A DNA stretch of 64,000 nucleotides from Candidatus Algichlamydia australiensis (GCA_033977065.1 JAXCHI010000003.1:224001-288000), one strand, 5' to 3'. Numbered from the stretch's first letter, positions 28,176-37,470 are shown. Translations and numbers: made by a program. The notes: generated by a model from the letters alone, not told the origin.

Positions 28176-29999
28176 ATGTTCTCATATCCTGAGGAGTTCG
28201 ATCTCATTGTGGTTGGAGCTGGACATGCCGGCTGCGAGGCCGCTCACGCTGCTGCGCGTATGGGCGCACGCACGCTCCTGCTCACCATGAATTTGGACAC
28301 TATCGCCAAAATGAGCTGCAATCCCGCTATTGGAGGCACAGCTAAAGGCCATATGGTGCGCGAGATCGATGCTCTTGGCGGGATTATGGGAAAAATTGCC
28401 GATCAGACGGGCATTCAGTTTCGCATGCTCAACCGCTCAAAAGGCCCTGCTGTCTGGTCCCCTCGCGCCCAATCTGACAAGCTCGCCTATCAAACGGCTA
28501 TGCGTCACGCTTTAGAGCAAATTCCCAATCTCTTTATCATGCAGGGCACGACTGAAAATTTTCTTATTGAAAATGAAAAAATTCTTGGTGTCGCAACCAA
28601 AGAGGGCATCGCCTACAAGGCAAAAGCTGTCATCCTCTCTGCCGGCACATTTATGCAGGGGAAAATTCACATCGGTGATATCGACTACTCAGGGGGTCGC
28701 GCGGGTGATCCTCCCGCTGTAGGACTTTCCAAATGTTTGCAAGAGCTTGGTTTTTCTCTTGGCAGATTAAAAACGGGGACTCCTCCACGCATTCACCGCC
28801 GCAGCGTCGATTTTTCTGAAATGGAAGAGCAGCCTGGCGAAGAGGGTGTCCAATTTTCCTATGAAAAAGTGGCACGTGAATTGCCGCAACAATCTTGCTA
28901 CATCACTTATACCAACAAAGAGACGCAGGCAATTGCTGAGGAGAACCTGAAGCGCTCTGCGATGTATTCAGGGAAAATTCAGAGTGTGGGACCACGTTAC
29001 TGTCCTTCTTTTGAAGATAAAATTGTGCGGTTTGCTGATAAGGAGCGCCATCAAATTTTTCTTGAGCCAGAAGGTTTGACAACAGAAGAGATGTATGTCA
29101 ATGGTATCTCCACTTCTCTGCCCTTTGATGTACAGGTAAGGATGTTACGCTCCATTCCCGCTTTTGCAAAAGTTGAGATTACCCGCCCTGCTTACGCTAT
29201 TGAATATGACTATGTGAAGAGCGGGCAGCTGCTACCTACTCTTGAGACAAAAAGTGTGTCAGGGCTCTATTTTGCCGGACAGATTAATGGCACAACGGGT
29301 TACGAAGAGGCGGCTGGTCAAGGATTAATTGCCGCGATCAATGCGGTGCAAAAAATTCGTGGCAAAGAGCCGTTTTATCTCAAGCGTTCGGAAAGCTACA
29401 TCGGTGTCATGATCGATGAGCTGATCACAAAAGAGTTGTCAGAGCCCTACCGCATGTTCACATCCCGTGCGGAACATCGCCTGTTGCTGCGTCAGGAAAA
29501 TGCCGACCGCCGTCTCTCTACATACGGATATGAGTTGGGAATCCTTGACCAAAAGCGCTTCCAAGAATTTTCCAAGAAAAAGGAAATCATTGAATCGGAG
29601 ATCACACGTCTTGAAAAAGTCTTTGTTCCTTTTGAAGGAAAACACTCCGCGGTTGCACAAATTCTCAAGCGTCCTAACACCTCTTTAGCAGAGCTTGCTA
29701 AACTTTTTCCCGAAAAAGTAGAGACTTTTGGTGAAGAGATCGACATGCAAATCGAGGTCGAACTGAAATTTGCAGGTTACATTGCACGAGAAAAAAAAGA
29801 GGTGATGCAGGTAAAAGAGGTAGAAGAGAAGGCGATTCCCGAAAAGGTGGACTACAGCAAGATCAAAGGCCTGCGCAAAGAAGCAGTAGAAAGACTCTTA
29901 GCGGCAAGGCCAGCGACACTTGGGCAGGCACAGCGCTTGAGTGGTGTTACTCCGGCTGATATCGCTGTACTACGAGTACACATGTATGAACCTCATTGA
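28176..29999 (+). CDS. mnmG: tRNA uridine-5-carboxymethylaminomethyl modification enzyme
   Basis: GAGHAGCEAA, MSCNPAIGG, LKTGTPPR, GPRYCPS, GQINGTTGYEEAA. Confidence 0.97.
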   Translation: MFSYPEEFDLIVVGAGHAGCEAAHAAARMGARTLLLTMNLDTIAKMSCNPAIGGTAKGHMVREIDALGGIMGKIADQTGIQFRMLNRSKGPAVWSPRAQSDKLAYQTAMRHALEQIPNLFIMQGTTENFLIENEKILGVATKEGIAYKAKAVILSAGTFMQGKIHIGDIDYSGGRAGDPPAVGLSKCLQELGFSLGRLKTGTPPRIHRRSVDFSEMEEQPGEEGVQFSYEKVARELPQQSCYITYTNKETQAIAEENLKRSAMYSGKIQSVGPRYCPSFEDKIVRFADKERHQIFLEPEGLTTEEMYVNGISTSLPFDVQVRMLRSIPAFAKVEITRPAYAIEYDYVKSGQLLPTLETKSVSGLYFAGQINGTTGYEEAAGQGLIAAINAVQKIRGKEPFYLKRSESYIGVMIDELITKELSEPYRMFTSRAEHRLLLRQENADRRLSTYGYELGILDQKRFQEFSKKKEIIESEITRLEKVFVPFEGKHSAVAQILKRPNTSLAELAKLFPEKVETFGEEIDMQIEVELKFAGYIAREKKEVMQVKEVEEKAIPEKVDYSKIKGLRKEAVERLLAARPATLGQAQRLSGVTPADIAVLRVHMYEPH

Positions 30000-30690
30000 A
30001 CTGGGCAACGTCCCCATTTTAGAGCAGTTAAAACTTGAAGAGGGGCTCTTGCGCGCTGGAAAAGGAAATTACTGCCTACTCAATTGCGGCAGCACTCCTG
30101 CCATTATCATGGGCATCTCTGGAAAACCAGAAGAGCTTGTTTTTCGGGAAAAGCAGCAAGAACAGAAACTTCCTCTTATCAAGCGCTACAGTGGTGGCGG
30201 TACGGTTGTTGTCGATCACAACACTCTTTTTGTCAGCTTCATTTTTGATAAAAGCGCGCACCCTTTCCACCCCTTTCCCGAACCAATTATGCGCTGGTCT
30301 GAAGAATTTTACAAAAATGCTCTTAGCCTAAAAAACTTTGCGTTAAGAGAAAACGACTATGTGATTGGGAAGAAAAAATTTGGAGGCAATGCGCAGTACA
30401 TTAAAAAGAATCGCTGGGTCCACCACACGACATTTCTCTGGGACTATTGCGAGGAAAAAATGTCCGCTTTGCAACTCCCTTCAAGGCGTCCAGAATATCG
30501 CGCAAACCGCGATCACAAAGAGTTCATTACTAAGTTAAAGGATTATCTTCCCTCTCAAGAAGAGTTCTTTTTGAAGATAAAAAAAGAGCTCCAAAGACGC
30601 TACCATATAACGTCTTTGGAGCCCTCTAAAATCTCCTTAAAAGAGGAGTACCGTGTTGCGACTACTCTACTCGATCCCTTTGTCGAGTAG
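29986..30690 (+). CDS. lplA: Lipoate-protein ligase family protein
   Basis: KRYSGGGTV, KKFGGNAQ, HHTTFLWD; follows mnmG as in chlamydiae. Confidence 0.85.
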   Translation: MNLIELGNVPILEQLKLEEGLLRAGKGNYCLLNCGSTPAIIMGISGKPEELVFREKQQEQKLPLIKRYSGGGTVVVDHNTLFVSFIFDKSAHPFHPFPEPIMRWSEEFYKNALSLKNFALRENDYVIGKKKFGGNAQYIKKNRWVHHTTFLWDYCEEKMSALQLPSRRPEYRANRDHKEFITKLKDYLPSQEEFFLKIKKELQRRYHITSLEPSKISLKEEYRVATTLLDPFVE

Positions 30691-31228
30691 CAAAGAGGCG
30701 AACAGTCCGTTCGCGCACACCTTGATCTGGTCCAACAGCTTCAAACTTTACTGTTCTTGGCCGTACTCCATCAAAAGAGCTTGACCTCGGACGGTTACTT
30801 GAATCTCCAACATGTACCTTTCCACTCCAAGAGCTTGCACGCCTATGTGTTTTTCTTGGCTCTTCTGCTCGCATGTTAAAACCTGTCGCTGGGAGAAGTG
30901 GCGCGTCTGAAGCGCGCATCCTAAACCCAGCAGCTTCTTCCTCGTCTACCATTCTCAAGGTGTACGAGGCTGCTTTTCCACTAAATGGTTTAAAATAGGG
31001 CTCATTAGGAACACCCGGGATTCCGTAAAAAGCAGTCTCTTTTTTAAAGCCTTTACCTGGAATGTAGGTTAATCCAGTCGTATTTTTAAAAATTGCAACT
31101 GTTCTCTCATCTTGTCCCTGCAAAAAATTACGCATATCCTCTGCTTGCGCTTCTACTGCAGATTTCGGCGCTTCCAATGAAATCGTAAAGTCATGACCAT
31201 ATACGTTTACTGTCGCACTGTGTACCAT
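30662..31228 (-). CDS. Hypothetical protein, candidate secreted effector
   Basis: Coupled to upstream gene; disordered C-terminus with RRASS and RPRSSSF. Confidence 0.55.
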   Translation of the reverse strand: MVHSATVNVYGHDFTISLEAPKSAVEAQAEDMRNFLQGQDERTVAIFKNTTGLTYIPGKGFKKETAFYGIPGVPNEPYFKPFSGKAASYTLRMVDEEEAAGFRMRASDAPLLPATGFNMRAEEPRKTHRRASSWSGKVHVGDSSNRPRSSSFDGVRPRTVKFEAVGPDQGVRERTVRLFATRQRDRVE

Positions 31229-31659
31229 TATCTCACCCCCGTTGTTTGGTCATACATCTTAATTATCGAGTTTCCAACTGTTTTTTCACCAAGAAGCAGT
31301 TGAGAGCCTGAGCTGATGTATGTTGAAAGCTCTGATGCACAATTTGAAATCAACTGTGTTGATAGCTGGTTGTACCCAGTTTGTGATGTGAGCGTCGTAT
31401 ACTCATCTCTTGTTGAGATATGAGCATTGCTTTCATCTTCCATTTTCTGCATAAGTGAATGACTAAACTGCATCAATACACCCAACTGATTCACATAAGT
31501 ATCAATCGAGTTATTCACAGCTGTCATACTAGCAGCAACTGCCAGCACTGCTATCAAATAAGTCCCTGAAGCTGTCGCTGTTGTCAAACTCCAAAGATTA
31601 TCGATCGCATTGCCATTCTCTTGCGTGCTTACCGCTTGTGGTTGTACTTGTGTACTCAT
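31228..31659 (-). CDS. Hypothetical T3SS substrate-like protein
   Basis: S/T/Q-rich N-terminus, one hydrophobic helix, tightly coupled in operon. Confidence 0.55.
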   Translation of the reverse strand: MSTQVQPQAVSTQENGNAIDNLWSLTTATASGTYLIAVLAVAASMTAVNNSIDTYVNQLGVLMQFSHSLMQKMEDESNAHISTRDEYTTLTSQTGYNQLSTQLISNCASELSTYISSGSQLLLGEKTVGNSIIKMYDQTTGVR

Positions 31660-31660
31660 A

Positions 31661-32428
31661 TTAACCTCTCAATCCTAACCCAGCATAAAGCTGACTTGAG
31701 CTTGACTGTAACTGTGCCAACGTACTGTTAACTCCTTCATAGGCCTTTTGACCTGCTTGCTGCATACCTTGCAACAACCCAGTTTGTGACTGCTTAAAGG
31801 AATTCATAAACGACCCAAGAGCTTTTGATGCCATTGATGCTGCTTGCGCCATATTTATATAACCTGTCAATTGACTGTCTGCCTCTTTAAAAGTAGAGTT
31901 AATCTGCTCTTTTTCAACAGCGTTCTGGCTATTAATCGTATCAATTCTGGATTTTCTCATATCAAGTTCTGATCGCACATCAGCTTTTTTGCTTTCTGAA
32001 TGCACCTCTGGATTGAGTGGCTGCCCATCCTCACCAATAGGACCATCTTGCACTTTACCTCCCTTTAAGTCTTGCAACTCAGTATGAGCTTGATTTTGCA
32101 TGCCCTGCTCAACATCAAGAGAAGCGTTTGTTCTGCTTTTGAGCTCCTCAACTGCAGCCGTATTCTGCTTATTGTGGTACCCTTTTCTAAGGTTTAGCCC
32201 CCCTTCAACAAGCTGGAATCCAGCTCCAACGACTTCACCAGTCAATGCAGCGAGCCCCCCAACAAGCGACATCAAAAGAGTGCTTGATCCAAGGCCCACT
32301 AAAACGTCGTTGGCTTTCATATTAAACTGATTGATCTTAGACATCGTTTGGGCCACAACAGAGAGTACATTTGCTGCTGACCCTGAAACTTCCCTTATAT
32401 TGATATTTTGCTCTTGTGTCATAACCAC
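31661..32428 (-). CDS. Putative T3SS translocator-like protein (CopD/SctB-like architecture)
   Basis: Gly-rich hydrophobic segment LLMSLVGGLAALTGEVVGAG, coiled coil, Q/S-rich amphipathic tail. Confidence 0.5.
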   Translation of the reverse strand: MVMTQEQNINIREVSGSAANVLSVVAQTMSKINQFNMKANDVLVGLGSSTLLMSLVGGLAALTGEVVGAGFQLVEGGLNLRKGYHNKQNTAAVEELKSRTNASLDVEQGMQNQAHTELQDLKGGKVQDGPIGEDGQPLNPEVHSESKKADVRSELDMRKSRIDTINSQNAVEKEQINSTFKEADSQLTGYINMAQAASMASKALGSFMNSFKQSQTGLLQGMQQAGQKAYEGVNSTLAQLQSSSSQLYAGLGLRG

Positions 32429-32430
32429 AC

Positions 32431-32934
32431 CTACCTTGCAACAGGCATCATCATCTGCGCCTGTCCCTTATCATAAATTAATTCTTGCGTCGCTCTCTGC
32501 AAAGCTTGCCCAGCTTGCAGGGCGGTACTACCAGTCGAAGTGTAACCTTGGGTCTTTGTCTGAAGACTGCTGATCCGCGACTTATCTCTTGATAAGCCAA
32601 GGTTTGCTACAGCGCTCCCAACTCCTGTTACACCTGATGTGATTCTTAGAGCCCCCTGAACATAGTTAAGGTTCCCCACTAATTCACTTCCCAAGTTTTT
32701 CAAACTCCCACTCATCACACCACTTGTAATCGGCATAATTGTCAGGGATAGCCCTGCTAAAGCACCTGTGGCTGCTGTAAGGAGCCCTGCTGCTTTTGAC
32801 CACCCTTGCTCGTTATCCATGATGCCCGACATCTGATCTGCCAAGTGACCACTGAGCTCATAGTTTGCTCCAGTCAACTCGGTGAGCATAAGGCCGGCAA
32901 TGGATAGTGCTTCTGCTGCATCTGTCATACTCAT
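32431..32934 (-). CDS. Putative T3SS translocator-like protein
   Basis: Start moved to ATG 32934/32928 (SD AAGGAGG); G/A-rich hydrophobic hairpin. Confidence 0.5.
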   Translation of the reverse strand: MSMTDAAEALSIAGLMLTELTGANYELSGHLADQMSGIMDNEQGWSKAAGLLTAATGALAGLSLTIMPITSGVMSGSLKNLGSELVGNLNYVQGALRITSGVTGVGSAVANLGLSRDKSRISSLQTKTQGYTSTGSTALQAGQALQRATQELIYDKGQAQMMMPVAR

Positions 32935-32941
32935 TCCCTCC

Positions 32942-33874
32942 TTATTGTACCGGTGGGATTGTGTAAAGTTGCGCAGCTGCCTGAAGTGCAGTTGAGATAA
33001 CTTGTTGATCCCCCTGGATGATTTGGTTAGGTGCACTGATCAACTGCGAGTTGATCTGCCCAATTGTATTATTGATAATTTGAGCCAAGTTGTTTAAAAA
33101 GCCATACTGCTGATTAAACCTAGCTGACTTCGTTGAAGAAATCGTACTTGCTGCCATAGTACCAACACCGATACCACCAGAAATAGCAATAGGAGCTGAT
33201 CCAAGAAGAATTTTTTTATTTAACTTCCCGCTTGGTGTGCCAATATCGCCAAATGGTGTGCTAAACAGCACGTTCTTTTTTGTGATTTCTCGATCTCCAT
33301 TAGGTGAAACAGTTTCTGTATACCTTGTCTTCTTGCTACCCTCTTCCACCATATGTGTATTTACGATAGAGCCATTCTTTTTCTTCTCTGTCTTTGTCGT
33401 TACCTCACGAGTAACCGCTCCATCTGCATCTTTAAACGTTCTAGTTGTAGTTTTTACACCATCTTTTGCAACACTTTCTACGACCTCTTCTGCTGCCTCT
33501 GTCGCTGCAAAGTCCACCATCTCTGTCCCAGCCTCACCAGCAATATCTGCACCAAATAAGAGTGTATCTAAAGCACCAGCTGCGACTTCCATCTCTGGAC
33601 CTAGCACGAAAGAGAGAGCTAAACCTACACCTGCAATCGCAACAGCTGCTGCAATTCCGGCAATTAATCCACCTTTTCCACCACTTGTGTCCGTATCAAG
33701 ACCACCAAGTTTTTCAGAAACAACCGTTAGGTTTTTATTCTGGTTGCCCAATTGATGAGAACCAAGATTCATCGTCTGCATCTGCTGCACTTCGTTTTTT
33801 CCCATCGTCGAAAATATAATATCCATTATATTTCCACCGAACTTACTATTTGCTGGGTTATTACTTGCTGACAT
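32942..33874 (-). CDS. Putative T3SS translocator-like protein (CopB/SctE-like architecture)
   Basis: GGLIAGIAAAVAIAGVGLALSFVLG plus a second hydrophobic segment; N/Q-rich C-terminal helix. Confidence 0.5.
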   Translation of the reverse strand: MSASNNPANSKFGGNIMDIIFSTMGKNEVQQMQTMNLGSHQLGNQNKNLTVVSEKLGGLDTDTSGGKGGLIAGIAAAVAIAGVGLALSFVLGPEMEVAAGALDTLLFGADIAGEAGTEMVDFAATEAAEEVVESVAKDGVKTTTRTFKDADGAVTREVTTKTEKKKNGSIVNTHMVEEGSKKTRYTETVSPNGDREITKKNVLFSTPFGDIGTPSGKLNKKILLGSAPIAISGGIGVGTMAASTISSTKSARFNQQYGFLNNLAQIINNTIGQINSQLISAPNQIIQGDQQVISTALQAAAQLYTIPPVQ

Positions 33875-33901
33875 ATTTATCCTTTTTATTATTAATTTTT
33901 A

Positions 33902-34975
33902 TTATACTCTCTGGTTACTCACAGAGTTCATGTTTGCTTTTGTAGCATCCTGAAGAATTGTCTGTGCAACCGAGTTATAGTTGGAAATTTCCTGCGTTGT
34001 CTTTTGAATCTCATTTGTTAACAAAGTCGATTCATTGTTCACCTGCGTTAAGGCACCATTTGCCGCATCTACCGCACCGTCTAAGGTTGATCCACCACCA
34101 TTTTGTAAAGAGTTTCCATAATCGTAGATAAAGCCCCATGTACCATCGCCATACCCTGTCATCTCATCCCAAAGAGTAGAGCCATCACCGTCGTTATTTT
34201 GATAGTCGTATAGAATCGACTCGTTCATCGAAACTTGTGTATCACCATCTTTAGAAAACGATTCAAAAAGCTCATCCAAAGAGGTCATAACCGGATCAAT
34301 CTGATTTGTATACATTGACTCTGTGGTCATGTATCCGTTTTCGTTTGTGAAAGTCACGTTAACATCAACCGTTCCACCGGTATAACTCGCCATATCGACA
34401 GCATAAATTCCGTTGGTCATCATATAAAGACCCGCATCGGAAACATTTGTGTCCGAATTAATCACGCCATCTTGGTTTACTGTATGACCATTAACTTCAA
34501 ATGATTGATCTGTAAACTCTTCTGTTGACCACGTACCGTTCGGCCAAAGGTAGTATGTCGTTCCTTCCCACGTGATGTTCATCTGTCCCCAGGTATAATC
34601 TGAGTTAGGATCAGAGACGAAAAGGCTCGTATACGCCTGCTCAAGCTGCTGCGCATCATCTTGCGTAAAGGCATCGGTATTTACGGAAACATCACCATCA
34701 CTATTAATCGAAACAGCACCCTCTGCGTTTGTAAGCTCATCATCGATTGTTGTAATGTCGTTAGACATTAAAGAATCTGCTCCCGAAATCTGCGAAGTAT
34801 CATTCAACTGCAAATCACAATAAGCCATAAGAAGTAGCATGAAGCCAAGAATAATCAACTGAAAAGGCACTTCTTCCACAGTAGCGTCAAAAAGCCAAGA
34901 GTATTGGTTTTCAATGCTACTCATCGGTGTTACAGGATTGTAACCATTAGGTGTGTTATCTGTTGCTGTACTCAT
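33902..34975 (-). CDS. Putative T3SS tip/filament-like protein
   Basis: Helical N- and C-termini (LTQVNNESTLLTNEIQKTTQEISNYNSVAQTILQD) around an acidic D/G/N/T-rich insert. Confidence 0.45.
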   Translation of the reverse strand: MSTATDNTPNGYNPVTPMSSIENQYSWLFDATVEEVPFQLIILGFMLLLMAYCDLQLNDTSQISGADSLMSNDITTIDDELTNAEGAVSINSDGDVSVNTDAFTQDDAQQLEQAYTSLFVSDPNSDYTWGQMNITWEGTTYYLWPNGTWSTEEFTDQSFEVNGHTVNQDGVINSDTNVSDAGLYMMTNGIYAVDMASYTGGTVDVNVTFTNENGYMTTESMYTNQIDPVMTSLDELFESFSKDGDTQVSMNESILYDYQNNDGDGSTLWDEMTGYGDGTWGFIYDYGNSLQNGGGSTLDGAVDAANGALTQVNNESTLLTNEIQKTTQEISNYNSVAQTILQDATKANMNSVSNQRV

Positions 34976-35013
34976 ATATTTATTATTTATTCTATATTAA
35001 TTTATTAACTTTT

Positions 35014-35173
35014 GAACCTATCCAACTAAAGCTGCTTTTGAAATTTTTTCTCAGTTTTGAGAAGGATTTTGGGATCTTTTTGAAAACAACTTAATTAAGT
35101 TGTTTGAAAAAATAGCTCAAAATCCAGCCAAAAATGTGGAAAAAGGCAAAAGCATGTTTAGTTGGATAGGTTC
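35014..35173. repeat. MITE-like repeat family B, copy 2
   Basis: Reverse complement of 2156-2315; TT on both flanks; abuts stop codon of upstream gene. Confidence 0.9.
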
Positions 35174-35830
35174 TTATCCTTCATCAGCAATATTCATTAA
35201 AGCACTGCTCTCTGAGCTAAACGTACCAATTAATTGCTGGACAAGTTGTAACATCTCTTTTCCTGCATTCTCCTCAATCTGCGCGCTATAGCAAGCGGAA
35301 GAGTATGCCGTTTCTCCTGCGGATGAAGTTGCGAAATTCTCCATCTCCATTTTGTAGTAAGAGCCTTCTGTGTCCTTGAACTCTTCAACTCCGTTAACAA
35401 AAGCATTCTTTACATCTTGCTGGGAAGGGTTATCTCCATAAGCTATCTCAAAACCTGCACTACTTTTACCCTCATAGAGGGCTCCTTTTATGAACTCTTC
35501 CGTGTAATTATTAGGATCAAGATCATCATTCATTGTGCTAGTAATCACACTATTCGTACCCTCTTTGCGATATTGGCCGTTTAGCTGCTCCATAGAGCTC
35601 CAGCTATCGCACATCAGATAGGTTTCCCCCTGAGTGTAGAGAGCCATCCCCTGCTCAATGAGCTTTTTAAGGAAGTCTTCCATATTCTTCCCGGCGCCCA
35701 TCATTCCCATGAAAGCGGCTGCTACCATCATCATTGGACTTCCCTTTGATAACATGTCATCAAAAGTATTCCCCTGAGAGGAGCTTACGCTCTGAACTGA
35801 TTGACTGTCAGTAGTTTGTGCTGTAGCCAT
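35174..35830 (-). CDS. Hypothetical T3SS substrate-like protein, first gene of cluster
   Basis: MATAQTTDSQSVQSVSSSQ N-terminus, Met-rich hydrophobic helix, amphipathic C-terminus. Confidence 0.55.
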   Translation of the reverse strand: MATAQTTDSQSVQSVSSSQGNTFDDMLSKGSPMMMVAAAFMGMMGAGKNMEDFLKKLIEQGMALYTQGETYLMCDSWSSMEQLNGQYRKEGTNSVITSTMNDDLDPNNYTEEFIKGALYEGKSSAGFEIAYGDNPSQQDVKNAFVNGVEEFKDTEGSYYKMEMENFATSSAGETAYSSACYSAQIEENAGKEMLQLVQQLIGTFSSESSALMNIADEG

Positions 35831-35914
35831 CTTGTTATTCCTATTATCTTTTAGCTTAACTATTTATGAGAGTTTCGCATTAAGGCTCATACCCTCTAGA
35901 TTGATAATAGCATA

Positions 35915-35949
35915 TTTGCAATATATTAATAAAGTTTTTGCAATATATT
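35915..35949. promoter_or_regulatory. Tandem 13-bp direct repeat upstream of secretion-substrate operon
   Basis: TTTGCAATATATT at 35915 and 35937, next to minus-strand TGCTATTAT extended -10. Confidence 0.4.
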
Positions 35950-36036
35950 TATAATAAAAATTTTTTAAATACTAATTATAAACAACTTAAGAATAAAAAT
36001 AATTATAAGACATTAAGGTAGAGTGGCTTAGGAAAA

Positions 36037-36216
36037 TACTACGGGGGCTCAGCCTTATTCTCGTCAACCTAATGACCAGGTGGGTCCCCTTCCTAAGGGA
36101 GCTAAAGTCCCAAAACGAAGCCAATTCTTCGAACCAGCTACTGCTTAGAGTTAGGGTCCCTTATGCTTAATTGTAGTTGAGGAGGAATTCTAAAAGTCCG
36201 AGTTATCCCCGTAGTA
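36037..36216 (-). ncRNA. ssrS: Putative 6S RNA
   Basis: 180-nt rod: closing stem UACUACGGGG/CCCCGUAGUA, UCAACU/GGUUGA, central bubble, GGGACCCU/GGGGACCC, 3' motif ACCCACCUG. Confidence 0.72.
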
Positions 36217-36222
36217 CCCTTC

Positions 36223-36250
36223 ACTATATATTAAGGAGATATTAATCCAA
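36223..36250 (-). promoter_or_regulatory. sigma70-type promoter of putative 6S RNA
   Basis: TTGGAT-16 bp-TATAGT ending 6 nt before the stem's 5' end. Confidence 0.55.
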
Positions 36251-36324
36251 AGGCTCTGATTTTCAAAAAATTATTACAATTTTACCACTTGCCAATTTTT
36301 AAGTAATCTGTTACAAATTGAGAT

Positions 36325-37470
36325 GTGAAAAAACTACCGCAAAACCCATTTAAGTTCGGAGACCCTGTTGAGGGCGACTTTTATCTTCCTCGACCTGAAC
36401 TATTTAGCACGGTTAAACAATTCTTAGAAAACCGCATTCACGTTGTGTTGATGGGTCCTAGGCGTTTTGGAAAAACTTCATTCACTCTCAATTTACTCCA
36501 TACTCTAGAAAAAGAGGGTTACACTTGCCTTTTTGTGGATATCTTTAACATCACCTCCCATAAAGATTTTCTCCACCAATTGCTTCGCGCAATCCGATTA
36601 AAAAGCTCTTTTAAGGATAAATTAAAAAATTGGTGGAAAAAAGTGGGACAACTGGTCCCTAAGATCGTTGCAAATATTGACTCTTTTTCAGGTAGTCCCA
36701 ACATCGAGTTTTCTCTCAGCTTACTTACCGAAGAAGACGTTAAAACAGCTATACAAGATCTTCTAGAGGGGCTTGAGGGACTTGGAAAAAAAGTAATCAT
36801 TACTTTAGATGAATTTCAAAAAATTTCAGAAATACATGATAAAGGATGGTTAGAAGCAACCCTGCGTACACACTTTCAGCGACTGAAAAACGTCTCATTT
36901 CTATTCACAGGTTCAAGAAAAAGTCTCATTTCAGAGATGCTCAATGACCCATCACGCCCCTTCTACCGCTCCTGCCAAACCATTGAATTCCCCGCGTTTG
37001 GTTCTGAATTTACTGACTGGGTGATTAAGCGGTTTGCCACAATTGGAATTCAATGTGAAAAAGAAGCAATTATACGTCTTCGTCAATTAGTGCAAGATAC
37101 CCCCAACTACGTGCAAATGGTCTGTTTTCACTTAGTTGCAGCTGCTCTCCCCAAAATAGAGCAACATAACGTAGAAGAAGTTTTAGAAACTGTGACAAGG
37201 CAAAATGCTTATGCCTATCAAACGCTTTTGAACTCTTTAACACATGCGCAGCAGCGCTCTCTACGACTTGCCGCCAATGAAAAAGAATCTCTCTTTCAAA
37301 AAGAAAACCTTACAAAATATGAAATTGTAAGTAGTGCAGCTCTCCACTCTTCACTAAAAGCTTTAAAAACGAAGGGAATTTTGGATGAAGAGAGCTCAGG
37401 CAAGGGCAATGTTCTTTTCGATGACCCACTATTTGCTTACTGGTTAAGAATTTATTTAGGGAGGGACTGA
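36325..37470 (+). CDS. P-loop AAA ATPase (archaeal-ATPase-like) with C-terminal wHTH
   Basis: NPFKFG, GPRRFGKT, LDEFQ, FTGS, FDDPLF; stop codon supplied by repeat C. Confidence 0.85.
   Translation: MKKLPQNPFKFGDPVEGDFYLPRPELFSTVKQFLENRIHVVLMGPRRFGKTSFTLNLLHTLEKEGYTCLFVDIFNITSHKDFLHQLLRAIRLKSSFKDKLKNWWKKVGQLVPKIVANIDSFSGSPNIEFSLSLLTEEDVKTAIQDLLEGLEGLGKKVIITLDEFQKISEIHDKGWLEATLRTHFQRLKNVSFLFTGSRKSLISEMLNDPSRPFYRSCQTIEFPAFGSEFTDWVIKRFATIGIQCEKEAIIRLRQLVQDTPNYVQMVCFHLVAAALPKIEQHNVEEVLETVTRQNAYAYQTLLNSLTHAQQRSLRLAANEKESLFQKENLTKYEIVSSAALHSSLKALKTKGILDEESSGKGNVLFDDPLFAYWLRIYLGRD

Noticed and set aside
35100..35291. 63-aa ORF / coding potential of repeat B
   Set aside because: Starts inside the repeat and runs antisense to a real gene; the repeat B frames I translated all contain stops
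30662..35830. Prophage tail/tape-measure genes
   Set aside because: No capsid, terminase, integrase or baseplate genes; N-termini and hydrophobic pattern fit secretion substrates better
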